Assembly: GCF_001194135.2 (NCBI RefSeq)
Contig: NC_068990.1
Coordinates: 58,444,207-58,486,399 of the forward strand
Reading direction: 5' to 3'
DNA: 42,193 nt
Source of the DNA: Octopus bimaculoides
Lineage: Eukaryota
A program made the translations under genes and the position numbers. The notes beneath the pieces were generated by a model. That model saw only the letters and a list, made by a program, of their open reading frames with translations. It searched no databases and had not been told where the DNA came from. Shown one piece after another: positions 23,448 to 35,891 of the stretch (position 1 is the stretch's first letter; each line of letters starts with the position of its first letter).

Positions 23448-25100
23448 TTGCGTGTGTGTGTGTTTGTGTTTGTGTATGTATGTGTATATGTATATTCAAG
23501 AAAATCCACCAAATATAAATACAAATAAACATATATACTGATGCATGTAAAAATTGAGTGCGTGTTTCCCTCTCTATGTATGTTTGCATGTACTTGTATA
23601 CACATATGTGTGCACGTGCGCGCGCGTGTGTTTGTTTGTTTGTTTGTTTGTGTGCGTGCGCGCGTGTGTGGCAATAGCTGAACACGCATACACATGAGAA
23701 TACAATCTGCAATGAAATCTACTGCACTTTACATTCCCGTACATTTACAAAACTTGGTATCAAGAGTGTTCTAGAAATTTCTTCTAAGATCTGTGCATTG
23801 CTTAGTTTTCTGTGTTGAAAATTTCGTATAGAAAATGTTTACTAAGAGCCAGATTCCAATGAAACAGCAGCATTTAGCAGGTAAGTGCAAATCTCCAAGA
23901 TTGAATCATACAATCTGCTTCATGATATAAACTCGTTTGTGTTGTGATTGTATAGTAAAATAGACCTTACACATTCAAAAATATAAAAGAATTCAGCAGT
24001 AACTTATTACTTTTCTATGTGACAATGTCTGGCGCAGAAGATATACGAGAAAAAGAACATAAGCAGAGGGATAAAAAGCATGAGAGTGAAATAAAGTGAA
24101 GTAAGGATATTGGCGGAACAATTCGATCAAAACGTTTGTTAAATATTTCTTTATCTGAAGATATTCGAAAATAAATTCAACAGTAACGTTGAAGAAGGAA
24201 AAAAAAAGAAAGTAAATTTGGAAACCAGAGAATCGAAAGCTGTACAATAAGAAACTCTTGTTAGTTTGCGGCCATCACTTTTTAGATACGGCTTACCTCT
24301 TGGTACACAAATTTTATTCTCTTTCATATGTTTGTTGTATTTAGAGTTTTTTTCTACCTCTAAATCATAGATTAATCCTCAACAGTTAAATTGAAACAGA
24401 TATTTAGTATATAAGTGCATATCCGCTTCCAGGCTCAAATTTTTGTGCTTCTGTCTTAAAGTTTCTGAGAAAATTAATAGGCTTCCATCAGCTTCTTTAG
24501 ATCATATAAGCTAAGAATTTTAAACCTGGAGCTAAGATTTTTCAAAAGGTGAGAAAATGGGAATTACAATGTTCATGGCTTTCGCAAGTGCATTAGCGAC
24601 ATAAATGTTTTATAACAGTATTAGCTGTCACGTTCTTCAAATATTCCATGCTTATCACATGTTTGCAGATTTGAAACATGCAATATTTCTACAAATGTCA
24701 AAAACGTGTACAGAAAACACTTTCTTTAAACGCTTTTATAAACGTTTTCATTTCCATAAAGATCGACCTATATGCTCCTTAAAATAATACTCTAGATAAA
24801 AGAATAAAGAGATAGATTTGATAACTAGAATAGAAATCCAAATGTCAGAAATACTAAACATAGATCATTTTATCCCCAGGCATCTTCAAAACAATATAGT
24901 TATCAGAATAATCGATATTATTAAACACTCATCCAATTTAAATATCAGACTTAAGATGGTTGTTGTTTACACCCTTTATTCAAATGAAAAATCTATGGAA
25001 AATGCTTCAAATGTTAGTTTTCATTGTTGTTTTACGATATTAAATCTGAATGAGAATGTTTTGCCATAGCGCAGTTTGTTTTCCTAATATGCAGATTTCA
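21770..25100 (-). pseudogene. TLR-like pseudogene (LRRs, juxtamembrane, TIR), copy 3
   Basis: LRR remnants 'VDLYGN' (~24765), 'KTFMSLMHLRKP*TL' (24611-24570), 'NLALSKHFLYEI', 'TDLRRNF' (~23790). Hydrophobic 'TIPTIVSVVS' then 'IFRYRKYKVKLIY' (23110-23072). 'NDACNSC' (~22935, single-base changes from YDAFxSY). ORF 21769..22116 'GRQFCV...NIMDRMHTCICASKTF..SNKY...KC.KF' follows the TIR box-2/helix pattern. Confidence 0.55.
22480..22599. other. Imperfect 120-bp hairpin containing a hammerhead-like core
   Basis: Arms of ~50 bp, roughly 70% complementary. CTGATGA-TGGC/GCCA-AAAC-T-TCAA-AG-TC at 22538-22572. Confidence 0.4.
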
Positions 25101-25399
25101 CACATGTGACTATGGGTTGTTGTTATCGTTATTGTTGTTGTTTTTGCTGCTATTCTTGTAGTTTAGTTCCAAGTCCGTCTAGATCTAGCAGACTAAGCTC
25201 AAAAGTATTTCAGTCTTAGCCATTCGTCTTTTCTTCCCATTTAAAGTATACTCGGAATACTACACTATCTATTGTGTCCCTAACTTTTAAAGACAGAAGA
25301 TACGATTAGAGGGAGTTCGCACTGCCATTACTAGCATGGTAAACGACCACACATTCGTTATCACAATGAATAATATTCTCTACTTAGGTAAAAAGATAT

Positions 25400-26385
25400 A
25401 ACTTTCACAGACAGACAGACGTAATTAGGATACTTAATGAACTTGAGGAGAGATATGAAAATAAGAGCTGATACAGATCTCTCCCCGAGGAGTAGTGTTA
25501 AAATCTATTTATCAGAGCAAAATAAAAAGGAAAATGGACAAAGTTCAACGAGAAGATAGTACGTAGGTACTTCGTACGAAAAATACAAACCATAGAAAGG
25601 ATTAATCATGTCAAAGGCTTGACAGAGAATAACCGACAAATTTATGACATCCCACTTCGAAGGCTACATCCGTGCAATCCAAGAACAAAAGATTCCCAAG
25701 TACTTACAGCATAGAAGAAATAAAACATTGACAGACAATAAATGTAGGTTGTGCAAGACGGAAACTGAAGACATCTGCCATATTATTGCCAACTGCGAGA
25801 GAATATCTTCCAGATATTATCTTCCTATGAGGTATAAAGCGGTGGCCAGAACAGTCGAGAACAAGATAACAAAAGAGAAAATTCTTACAGACGAAGTTGA
25901 CTACATTGAGAATGATGGGTCAAAAATATATCGGTGGAACTTAAAAATTCAAACTACTAACATGTTAAACTACAACTGGCCGGATATAGTTGTGTGAGAC
26001 CACAAGAGGCGTTCTCTTGTGAGAATCAGCTGCTCTCTGGACACAAATGTGGTTGGAAAAATACAAGAGAAAGAGGACATGTATGGAGCGTTGATAAGTA
26101 GATAGCAAATCCACTGCCCGAGATACGCTTTCAGCTACATAACTATTATTGGTGCAACAGAATACGTATCAACCCGTCTAGAGCTAAGTATGGCTGAGCA
26201 TGGGCTATTGTGGAAAGAACGCAAATCCTAAATTCATACACTATAAATGATCATGATATCTGGGACGCCAAGAATCTGCAGGATTTTCTTAAGATTTAAA
26301 TGAAGGACAAAACAAGATGCTTTCCTGCCACAACCTTGCTACCAAGCAGTTGGCCGATCAAAATTAAATCTAAATTAAAAAGAGA
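25400..26385 (+). mobile_element. Decayed R4-clade (RLE-type) LINE 3' fragment, second lineage
   Basis: ORF 25644..25997 with CCHC knuckle 'CRLCKTETEDICHIIANC' and RLE-type 'NWPDIVV', continuing with stops to '...GTPRICKDFLKI*'. Confidence 0.8.
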
Positions 26386-27518
26386 ACATACATACATACA
26401 TACATAGATGTATACATAGATACATGCATGCATACATACATAGATACATGCATACATACATAAATGCATGCATATATACATACATGCACACATGGATACA
26501 TGAATGCATAGATACACGCATGCATGCATACAAACATACACACATTCATGCTTGCTTGTGAGCATAAATACATACAGGCATACATAGATACGTACGTGCG
26601 TACGTACATACATACATATAAGATAGGCGGAGACGACTGCGTTTAAAAACTTCGTTGAAACTTCTTTTCACAGGCACGTACCTGGTTTTGATGTTCCAAA
26701 CCATTTCTTGGGGTTTTGGTCAAGTGTCTTCTATTATAGCTCCAAGCTATAATAGAAATTTAGCTGGCGAAACTGGTAAGGAATTTTATATATATGTATA
26801 TATATATATATATNNNNNNNNNNNNNNNNNNNNNNNNNNNNNNNNNNNNNNNNNNNNNNNNNNNNNNNNNNNNNNNNNNNNNNNNNNNNNNNNNNNNNNN
26901 NNNNNNNNNNNNNNNNNNNNNNNNNNNNNNNNNNNNNNNNNNNNNNNNNNNNNNNNNNNNNNNNNNNNNNNNNNNNNNNNNNNNNNNNNNNNNNNNNNNN
27001 NNNNNNNNNNNNNNNNNNNNNNNNNNNNNNNNNNNNNNNNNNNNNNNNNNNNNNNNNNNNNNNNNNNNNNNNNNNNNNNNNNNNNNNNNNNNNNNNNNNN
27101 NNNNNNNNNNNNNNNNNNNNNNNNNNNNNNNNNNNNNNNNNNNNNNNNNNNNNNNNNNNNNNNNNNNNNNNNNNNNNNNNNNNNNNNNNNNNNNNNNNNN
27201 NNNNNNNNNNNNNNNNNNNNNNNNNNNNNNNNNNNNNNNNNNNNNNNNNNNNNNNNNNNNNNNNNNNNNNNNNNNNNNNNNNNNNNNNNNNNNNNNNNNN
27301 NNNNNNNNNNNNNNNNNNNNNNNNNNNNNNNNNNNNNNNNNNNNNNNNNNNNNNNNNNNNNNNNNNNNNNNNNNNNNNNNNNNNNNNNNNNNNNNNNNNN
27401 NNNNNNNNNNNNNNNNNNNNNNNNNNNNNNNNNNNNNNNNNNNNNNNNNNNNNNNNNNNNNNNNNNNNNNNNNNNNNNNNNNNNNNNNATATATATATTC
27501 CTCTGTTTGTAGCACCAA

Positions 27519-27568
<50 letters not shown>

Positions 27569-27889
27569 TTCTTTCTGGAAATAGATCTCAGTACAGAAAG
27601 TTGAATATATATATTTCTTCAGTTATAAGCAGTAAAGTCAATAACAGAATTTCATGGCTGACACATATCAAGTTTTAATCAGAAGATATCTTCAAATAAC
27701 GTGTATAGATATGTAGCCACCAAATGAAGAATTGTACATATACACACACAAACCACATGCACACAGATATTTCTGGCGGTGGTCTGCCCTTGTGCATGTG
27801 AACCTTCTCCAGCACTCACTATACAACCCGAGAGGACCAGTACTTTCTGCTGTCTCTGTTAGATATATTACTGGAACGGTTATGAATGA

Positions 27890-28230
<341 letters not shown>

Positions 28231-28499
28231 CCATGCGTGTATGTAAATGACTGTGTTACTTAATTCAAATCAAATACCTTACGCTCGTCCTCCGGCTGAA
28301 CAACGTGTTTCATGTCATAATAACAGCTACTTACCACTTTCACATACATGTTCCAGGAATGTAATATATATCTATTTCATTATATTTGCCTTGAGTTGTT
28401 TTCAATTCACTTACACTCCATAGCATTGTACTAACGTTATTACTCTAAGCTACTTGTCTGTCCAATTCTTTGTAAAAATTTTGCCAAAAATATTTTCTA

Positions 28500-29880
28500 G
28501 TAATCATATTTTGAAAAATATTGATAATTTACATCTCCGTATATTACTTAAACCAAAGCATGTTGATGCATTTTGCTGCTGGTTGTCAAAGCACAGAAAG
28601 AAAAGATTTGAATTTATTGATATTTCAACTTAATATTAACTATCAATGTTTTACACTGTCCGTCAGGCAGGTCTATATAACTCGGTTCACTGAATTCACT
28701 TGAAATATTGTTTATATGTCCTCCGGTTGAAGAAGGTTCTGCTTGAGTTTCTAATAAACTCACAGATACTAACTCCATGTATATACCCCTAGTTTATTTT
28801 AATATATTTTCCTTGAACCGATTTTAATTCAGTTATACAACGTAACAGCGTATAAATTTATATTGCTCTAAGCTGTTCGCGTATTGAGCTGTTTGGTACA
28901 AATTCTCCAAGTGAGAATACATGCATGAACTTTGAGAAATATTTACTATTTATACAGAGATGATAAACGAAATATTCTCAGTTATAAAAATAAGAAACCC
29001 GTTATTTAATGTATTCTGAGATGAATGCAGAGATTCGGTATTTTTACATCTCTCACTTGTTTCAATCGTTAGACGGCGGTGAAGCTGGGGAAGCGCTTTG
29101 AAGAATTTTTGTCGAGCGAATCGGCCCCACTAATTATTTTTAAGCCTTGTACTTATTATATCGTTCCCTTTTGTCGAACCAATAAGTTACAGAGACGTAA
29201 GCACACCATCGCCGATTGTCAAGTGTCGGTGGGGAACGACCACACGCACAAAAGACACACATAGTTATGTGCATACACACATACATCATGGGCACTTTCA
29301 GTTTCCGTCTACCAAATACACTCACAAGGCTTTAATCAGTCCGAGGATACAGTAGCAAATGTTTCTAATTAAAATTTTATCTGGAGACAAATATTAGTCT
29401 TCTTGCGTTTGCTAACAAAACGCTTAATAATTGGTTGGTGTGTTTCGTTTTTATTTTTGATGTTTTATCACTCTTATCAGTGACACAATTACACGAGAGC
29501 TGATCAACCGATTTCTTTTCTACAATTTGTATGTCGCTAAACATATTTGCATTCTGGCTATAGTTTTTATGTGTGTTTGGTAGATGCTGTTTTATGTGTT
29601 TATAGTAGAGAACATCAATCTGGATGAGCGTGCTTGTGTGCCTGGGAAAGTGTGGTCTTTGTTTTCGTTATTTATACTGTATAACATGACACATATATGC
29701 AGTTAACAACATATATATGATGCTTAGCAACATTGCTAATAGGGAATATACAAAGAGAATGCGATGCAAACAAAACAACTGAGCTGGCCACAGACATACG
29801 TGACAAGTTTTTTTCTAACACTCAAACGAAACCGTATCTTAGGGATTAGAAAACAATTTAGAAGCTAACTATATCCAGTG
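28500..29880 (-). pseudogene. TLR-like pseudogene C-terminal remnant (hydrophobic helix + TIR), copy 4
   Basis: 'ILFVYSLLAMLLSIIYMLLTAYM' (~29750-29680). TIR box-2-like 'NLCIHLR...G../FITENI' (29035-28970) and 'FFNRRTYKQY'. Split by SINE C at 29045-29360. Confidence 0.45.
29045..29360 (-). mobile_element. SINE family C
   Basis: TTTCAGTTTCCGTCTACCAAATACACTCACAAGGC plus tail homology. Confidence 0.8.
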
Positions 29881-30214
29881 ATTTTTTTTTTTCTTAGTGG
29901 TAAGACGCACCTAAATATACAAATATAGAATATGCTTGTGAATATGTGTGCCTGTCTATGTGTGCGTACATACACACACACACACATCTATATATTATAC
30001 ATATATATACANNNNNNNNNNNNNNNNNNNNNNNNNNNNNNNNNNNNNNNNNNNNNNNNNNNNNNNNNNNNNNNNNNNNNNNNNNNNNNNNNNNNNNNNN
30101 NNNNNNNNNNNNNNNNNNNNNNNNNNNNNNNNNNNNNNNNNNNNNNNNNNNNNNNNNNNNNNNNNNNNNNNNNNNNNNNNNNNNNNNNNNNNNNNNNNNN
30201 NNNNNNNNNNNNNN

Positions 30215-30532
30215 CAATGAATAATTGTCAGCTCATTACAGTTGCTTCTTACACATTTGAAATAGAATGAGAACAATACTTCATTACAAGAAACCATAAT
30301 CATCAGATGAAGCGTAATTTTACGAGCAAAAGAATGTCCTAAGAATACAGCTGGGACGTTAGTTAGCCTCGACAGACTTCAGCCACGTCCCTGCTGTATT
30401 TTTGGGACTTTTTTTGCTTGTAAAATTACGTCTTATCTGATGGCTACGGCTTTTTGCAATGGAGTAATGTTATCATTCTTCTATTTCAAGATGCGTAAGG
30501 AGCAGCTGTAATGAACTGGCAATTATCCATAG
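30215..30532. mobile_element. Fold-back MITE with ~150-bp imperfect inverted arms
   Basis: Left CAATGAATAATTGTCAGCTCATTACAGTTGCT vs reverse complement of right CTATGGATAATTGCCAGTTCATTACAGCTGCT; complementarity runs to a ~20-nt loop. Confidence 0.8.
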
Positions 30533-30814
30533 TCTGTTATTGTTCATTTAATAATAATGCACAAGGGGATTTACGATTTGTCGGACACCCTAGAACATAA
30601 CAACAACGTACAATTCAACGTAACGCGTGCTTTGAACCAGCCACTAGGCGCTAAATACTCATAGTGTTGGTTTTCTCTGTGCACAAAACTGGAATGTCCT
30701 TTTTTATATTTACCAACCATGGGCCGGAACCACAGGTCTATCTAACCCTACATGGTGCGTATCTTTTCAAGTACCTAATTCTATCTTAATCCTTATTTTA
30801 CCATATATAATTAT

Positions 30815-31100
30815 ATATATATATCAAACTGAGAATATGTGTGTGTCCGTCTGTATTTGTGCATCACTAAAACTCGAGAACTATCAAACCGATTTCATTC
30901 AAATTTTACACATGCCTTACTTAGGGTCCATGCAGTGTCATGGGCCAAAGAAATTTTCAACTTCTTGATTAATGCGAGCCAGGAGCAATCTCTTATTTCT
31001 TACACTATTTCAGTATTACGTGTCAAAAGTGAAAAAATTACATCTCTATTGTAATGTGAGCTAATACTTTCAATTGAATATTTTCACTATTAATATTGAA
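30815..31100 (+). mobile_element. Possible non-autonomous Helitron/HINE-like 5' segment
   Basis: TATATCAAACTGAGAAT-(TG/GTCT)n-...CTCGAGAACTA..AACCGATTTCATTCAAATTTTACAC resembles, from memory, Lep1/DINE-type 5' ends; 3' end lost in the gap. Confidence 0.4.
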
Positions 31101-31166
31101 ACTATTATCTCACATATATACATGGACACACACACACGCACACACACACACACAAACACAAATATA

Positions 31167-31218
<52 letters not shown>

Positions 31219-31870
31219 CATANNNNNNNNNNNNNNNNNNNNNNNNNNNNNNNNNNNNNNNNNNNNNNNNNNNNNNNNNNNNNNNNNNNNNNNNNNNNNN
31301 NNNNNNNNNNNNNNNNNNNNNNNNNNNNNNNNNNNNNNNNNNNNNNNNNNNNNNNNNNNNNNNNNNNNNNNNNNNNNNNNNNNNNNNNNNNNNNNNNNNN
31401 NNNNNNNNNNNNNNNNNNNNNNNNNNNNNNNNNNNNNNNNNNNNNNNNNNNNNNNNNNNNNNNNNNNNNNNNNNNNNNNNNNNNNNNNNNNNNNNNNNNN
31501 NNNNNNNNNNNNNNNNNNNNNNNNNNNNNNNNNNNNNNNNNNNNNNNNNNNNNNNNNNNNNNNNNNNNNNNNNNNNNNNNNNNNNNNNNNNNNNNNNNNN
31601 NNNNNNNNNNNNNNNNNNNNNNNNNNNNNNNNNNNNNNNNNNNNNNNNNNNNNNNNNNNNNNNNNNNNNNNNNNNNNNNNNNNNNNNNNNNNNNNNNNNN
31701 NNNNNNNNNNNNNNNNNNNNNNNNNNNNNNNNNNNNNNNNNNNNNNNNNNNNNNNNNNNNNNNNNNNNNNNNNNNNNNNNNNNNNNNNNNNNNNNNNNNN
31801 NNNNNNNNNNNNNNNNNNNNNNNNNNNNNNNNNNNNNNNNNNNNNNNNNNNNNNNNNNNNNNNNNNNNNN

Positions 31871-32038
31871 ACTTCCCAAAATAGACACATTTAGTACCGA
31901 ATGCGAGGAAAACAACCAACAGAAGACCAACTTTCTTTTAAATAACTCAACTATGTTGAGTTATTTTAAAGAAAGTTGGTTTTCTTCTGTTGGTTGTTTT
32001 CCTCGCATTCGGTACTAAATGTGTCTATTTTGGGAAGT
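31871..32038. repeat. Near-perfect 168-bp palindrome at a gap edge
   Basis: Arms 31871-31951 and 31955-32038, 3-nt loop; only one 3-bp indel and one mismatch. Confidence 0.9.
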
Positions 32039-32689
32039 CCAGTGTGTGGCATTATTCTGTAGTAATGCCCTTATATAAATATAAGCGAATAATTGTATTT
32101 TCGGAATAGAAATTTCCCTTATGAATTTTTTTTACACACTGGCTTCCTGATAAAATTCTTGTAAAAGACTTTTATCCCTTTTTGAATTTATATATATATA
32201 TAGATGGAATTGTATAGATTCATATGTGCACATGCATAGGTATAGTTGTATATGTGTATATGTAAATATATATATGTATAAATGTAGATTTATATGTATA
32301 TATATGTATATATATGTATGTATAAATGTATATATAAGTATGTATATATGTATATATGTGTATATATATGTATGTATATATGTGTATATATATATGTGTA
32401 TATATACATACAGAAATAAGCAGAGAGAAAATAAAAAAAGGTTTAGTGGCTATATATATACATGTATATATTGAGGTGAGAGATTTTAAACTCACTGGCC
32501 GATCAATTTCTTAATGTCTGCCTCACGTGATCTTGGTGTCGCATGGTCAAAATTAACGTGAGTTATTTAGACATTGTCAAATTTATTAGGATATTTGGCT
32601 GAAGATCGGAATGGGGTAATTCATACCCCTAACCGTGAAACGTCGTACCAAATTAACTAAAGGCAGGTTTGTTTTTTTANNNNNNNNNN

Positions 32690-32723
<34 letters not shown>

Positions 32724-33033
32724 CATGTGTATATATATACATATATATATATGTATACATATATATATATAGATATATACATACATACATATATACATAC
32801 ATACATATATATATACATATATATATACATACATATATATACATCTATACATATATATATATACATACATGTCTATATATACATACATGTCTATATATAC
32901 ATACATATATAGGGCTATTTTTTGCTGGAAATTGATACAATTGTATTGAAATATTTATATATACGCATGTATATATGCGTATATAAATCTGCTCATATAT
33001 ATGTATGTCCATATAGATGTATATATATAGATG

Positions 33034-33065
<32 letters not shown>

Positions 33066-33778
33066 NNNNNNNNNNNNNNNNNNNNNNNNNNNNNNNNNNN
33101 NNNNNNNNNNNNNNNNNNNNNNNNNNNNNNNNNNNNNNNNNNNNNNNNNNNNNNNNNNNNNNNNNNNNNNNNNNNNNNNNNNNNNNNNNNNNNNNNNNNN
33201 NNNNNNNNNNNNNNNNNNNNNNNNNNNNNNNNNNNNNNNNNNNNNNNNNNNNNNNNNNNNNNNNNNNNNNNNNNNNNNNNNNNNNNNNNNNNNNNNNNNN
33301 NNNNNNNNNNNNNNNNNNNNNNNNNNNNNNNNNNNNNNNNNNNNNNNNNNNNNNNNNNNNNNNNNNNNNNNNNNNNNNNNNNNNNNNNNNNNNNNNNNNN
33401 NNNNNNNNNNNNNNNNNNNNNNNNNNNNNNNNNNNNNNNNNNNNNNNNNNNNNNNNNNNNNNNNNNNNNNNNNNNNNNNNNNNNNNNNNNNNNNNNNNNN
33501 NNNNNNNNNNNNNNNNNNNNNNNNNNNNNNNNNNNNNNNNNNNNNNNNNNNNNNNNNNNNNNNNNNNNNNNNNNNNNNNNNNNNNNNNNNNNNNNNNNNN
33601 NNNNNNNNNNNNNNNNNNNNNNNNNNNNNNNNNNNNNNNNNNNNNNNNNNNNNNNNNNNNNNNNNNNNNNNNNNNNNNNNNNNNNNNNNNNNNNNNNNNN
33701 NNNNNNNNNNNNNNNNNNNNNNNNNNNNNNNNNNNNNNNNNNNNNNNNNNNNNNNNNNNNNNNNNNNNNNNNNNNNNN

Positions 33779-33877
<99 letters not shown>

Positions 33878-34196
33878 CACAGAGAGAGTGACAGAGACAG
33901 AGAATGTCAAAATTAAATATATAGTTACTATCAGTTCAACAACGAGGAACGAGATGAATTAGCTACCGAAACAGATTGATATCTTGCAAGGTAACTTCTG
34001 GTAAATATTATATATTTATTCACGTCTTCGTTTTCCTGTTTTATTTACATGAAATCATAACACTGACAATGCACTGGCTCTTTGTACTCTCGGCGTTTAA
34101 ACAAATCACGCCAATCGTCTAAAAGTGTACTGCTTAGGGTTTCATGAGCATCTATTTAACAAAACATAAGAACACACTCACACATAGATAGATATA

Positions 34197-34360
34197 CGAT
34201 TGCCTTCTTTCAGTTTCCGCCTACCAAATCCACTCACAAGGTTTTGATAAGCCTGAGGCTAAGGTAAAAGACACTTGTCCAAGATGCTACACTGTAGGAC
34301 TGAACATGGAACCATGCGGTTGAGAAGCAAACTCTTACCACAAAGCCACGCCTACGCCTG
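34197..34360 (-). mobile_element. SINE family C, head half
   Basis: Reverse complement of 19722-19885. Confidence 0.85.
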
Positions 34361-34466
34361 TATATATGTATATATAAGTATATACGTAAGTATATATGTG
34401 TGTGTATATATGGGGGGGTGATAGTGTGTGGGTGTATGTATATACGTATAAATACACAGACACATG

Positions 34467-34516
<50 letters not shown>

Positions 34517-35646
34517 CATACATACATACAGCTAGACGGGTAGGAGAGAGAAAAGTTGAGAGAGGCAGGGGGGAGACTTATAGTTACGTATATGCATGCA
34601 AATGCATTCATACGTCAGGACTTACACATAGGTACATGCATAAATACATATGAGAATTCACCTACGCAACACACTTATCTATACGTACGTACTTACAAAC
34701 TTATATAGACAGATGTACTCATACACTCATGCATACATTCATATAAACACACACTGATGGACAGGCCCGATATCTTTCAGGCTAGTCTGGTCCACTATAG
34801 TTCTGCTCACCATGCAATATTTTATTAAGCGAACAGAACCCGATATAAGGAGATTCACAACTTAATTGACTGTCAGAGCTCTGCAGTAACTGAGATAACG
34901 AGCCTCAAATAGGAATATAATCTTTGCTCGGTGACTTAGACACTTCTCGGGGATCACATATCCTATGGGAATACCTAATCTGTTCTACCTAACAGAATCA
35001 TACTAAATGTTTCCGTCTTCATTCAGATCTCTTTTCAAGCATAATAATTAAATAAAAGCAACCGGACGCTTATGAAGGTAAGTGGGACGTGTGGAATGAA
35101 AGGGTGGAATTTTAAGGGGGAGTCGAGTCGGGCGTTTCTAGCCTGTGTGGAAGGATTGTTTCGTCGTTGCTAGATAGGTATCGAGATAGATAGATAGATA
35201 GATACATACATACATACATACATACATACATACAGAGGCAAACAGACTGACCCTCGGATAAATGTATACATTGTTGGGCTGACAAAAAAAATCAAGATAT
35301 CTTGGACAATTTTGCATGTGTGTGTATGTGTACGTGTGCGCGTGTGTATGTGTGTATGTATATGGCTGTATATATACATCCATATNNNNNNNNNNATATA
35401 CTTGTATATATATATGCACGTGTAGATAGATAGATAGATAGATAGATAGATACAGAAATCTCATCAACAGGAGAATTATAGGACGATTGGTAGATAAATA
35501 GATTTATGCATGTATATGTACGCGCCTCTAAATAGATGTATACATACATGCATACCATTGCAGGCAATATGGCTAGAAGAAATCTGATACAAGTATCGTC
35601 CAAGCATTACATCACATACATACGGTAATATTCATGCTGTTATGAA

Positions 35647-35891
35647 GGCGGCGAGCTGGCAGAAACGTTAGAACGCCGGGCGAAATGCTTAGCAGTATTT
35701 CGGCTGCCGTTATGTTCTGAGTTCAAATTCCGCCGAGGTCGACTTTGCCTTTCATCCTTTCGAGGTCAATAAATTAAGTACCAGTGACGCACTGGAGTCG
35801 ATGTAATCGACTTAATCCCTTTGGCTGTCCTTGTTTGTCCTGTCTATGTTTATCTCGTGAGCAATAAAGAAATAAGAAACGTTAGCACGCC
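35647..35891 (+). mobile_element. Chimeric SINE B (SINE body + Tx1-type tail) flanked by a 17-bp repeat of the SINE head
   Basis: AGAAACGTTAGAACGCC (35661-35677) / AGAAACGTTAGCACGCC (35875-35891); tail TTGTTTGTCC..TCTATGT...GCAATAAAGAAATA. Confidence 0.8.

Noticed and set aside
26655-27678. ORFs of 150-350 aa spanning N-runs (also near 17.5, 30, 31, 33, 36 and 40 kb)
   Set aside because: Artefacts of translating assembly gaps.
27560-27720. Hydrophobic 'ILLLTLLLIT' as the signal peptide of TLR-like copy 3
   Set aside because: Position is plausible, but there is no start codon or cysteine cap, and a gap and LINE separate it from the LRRs.
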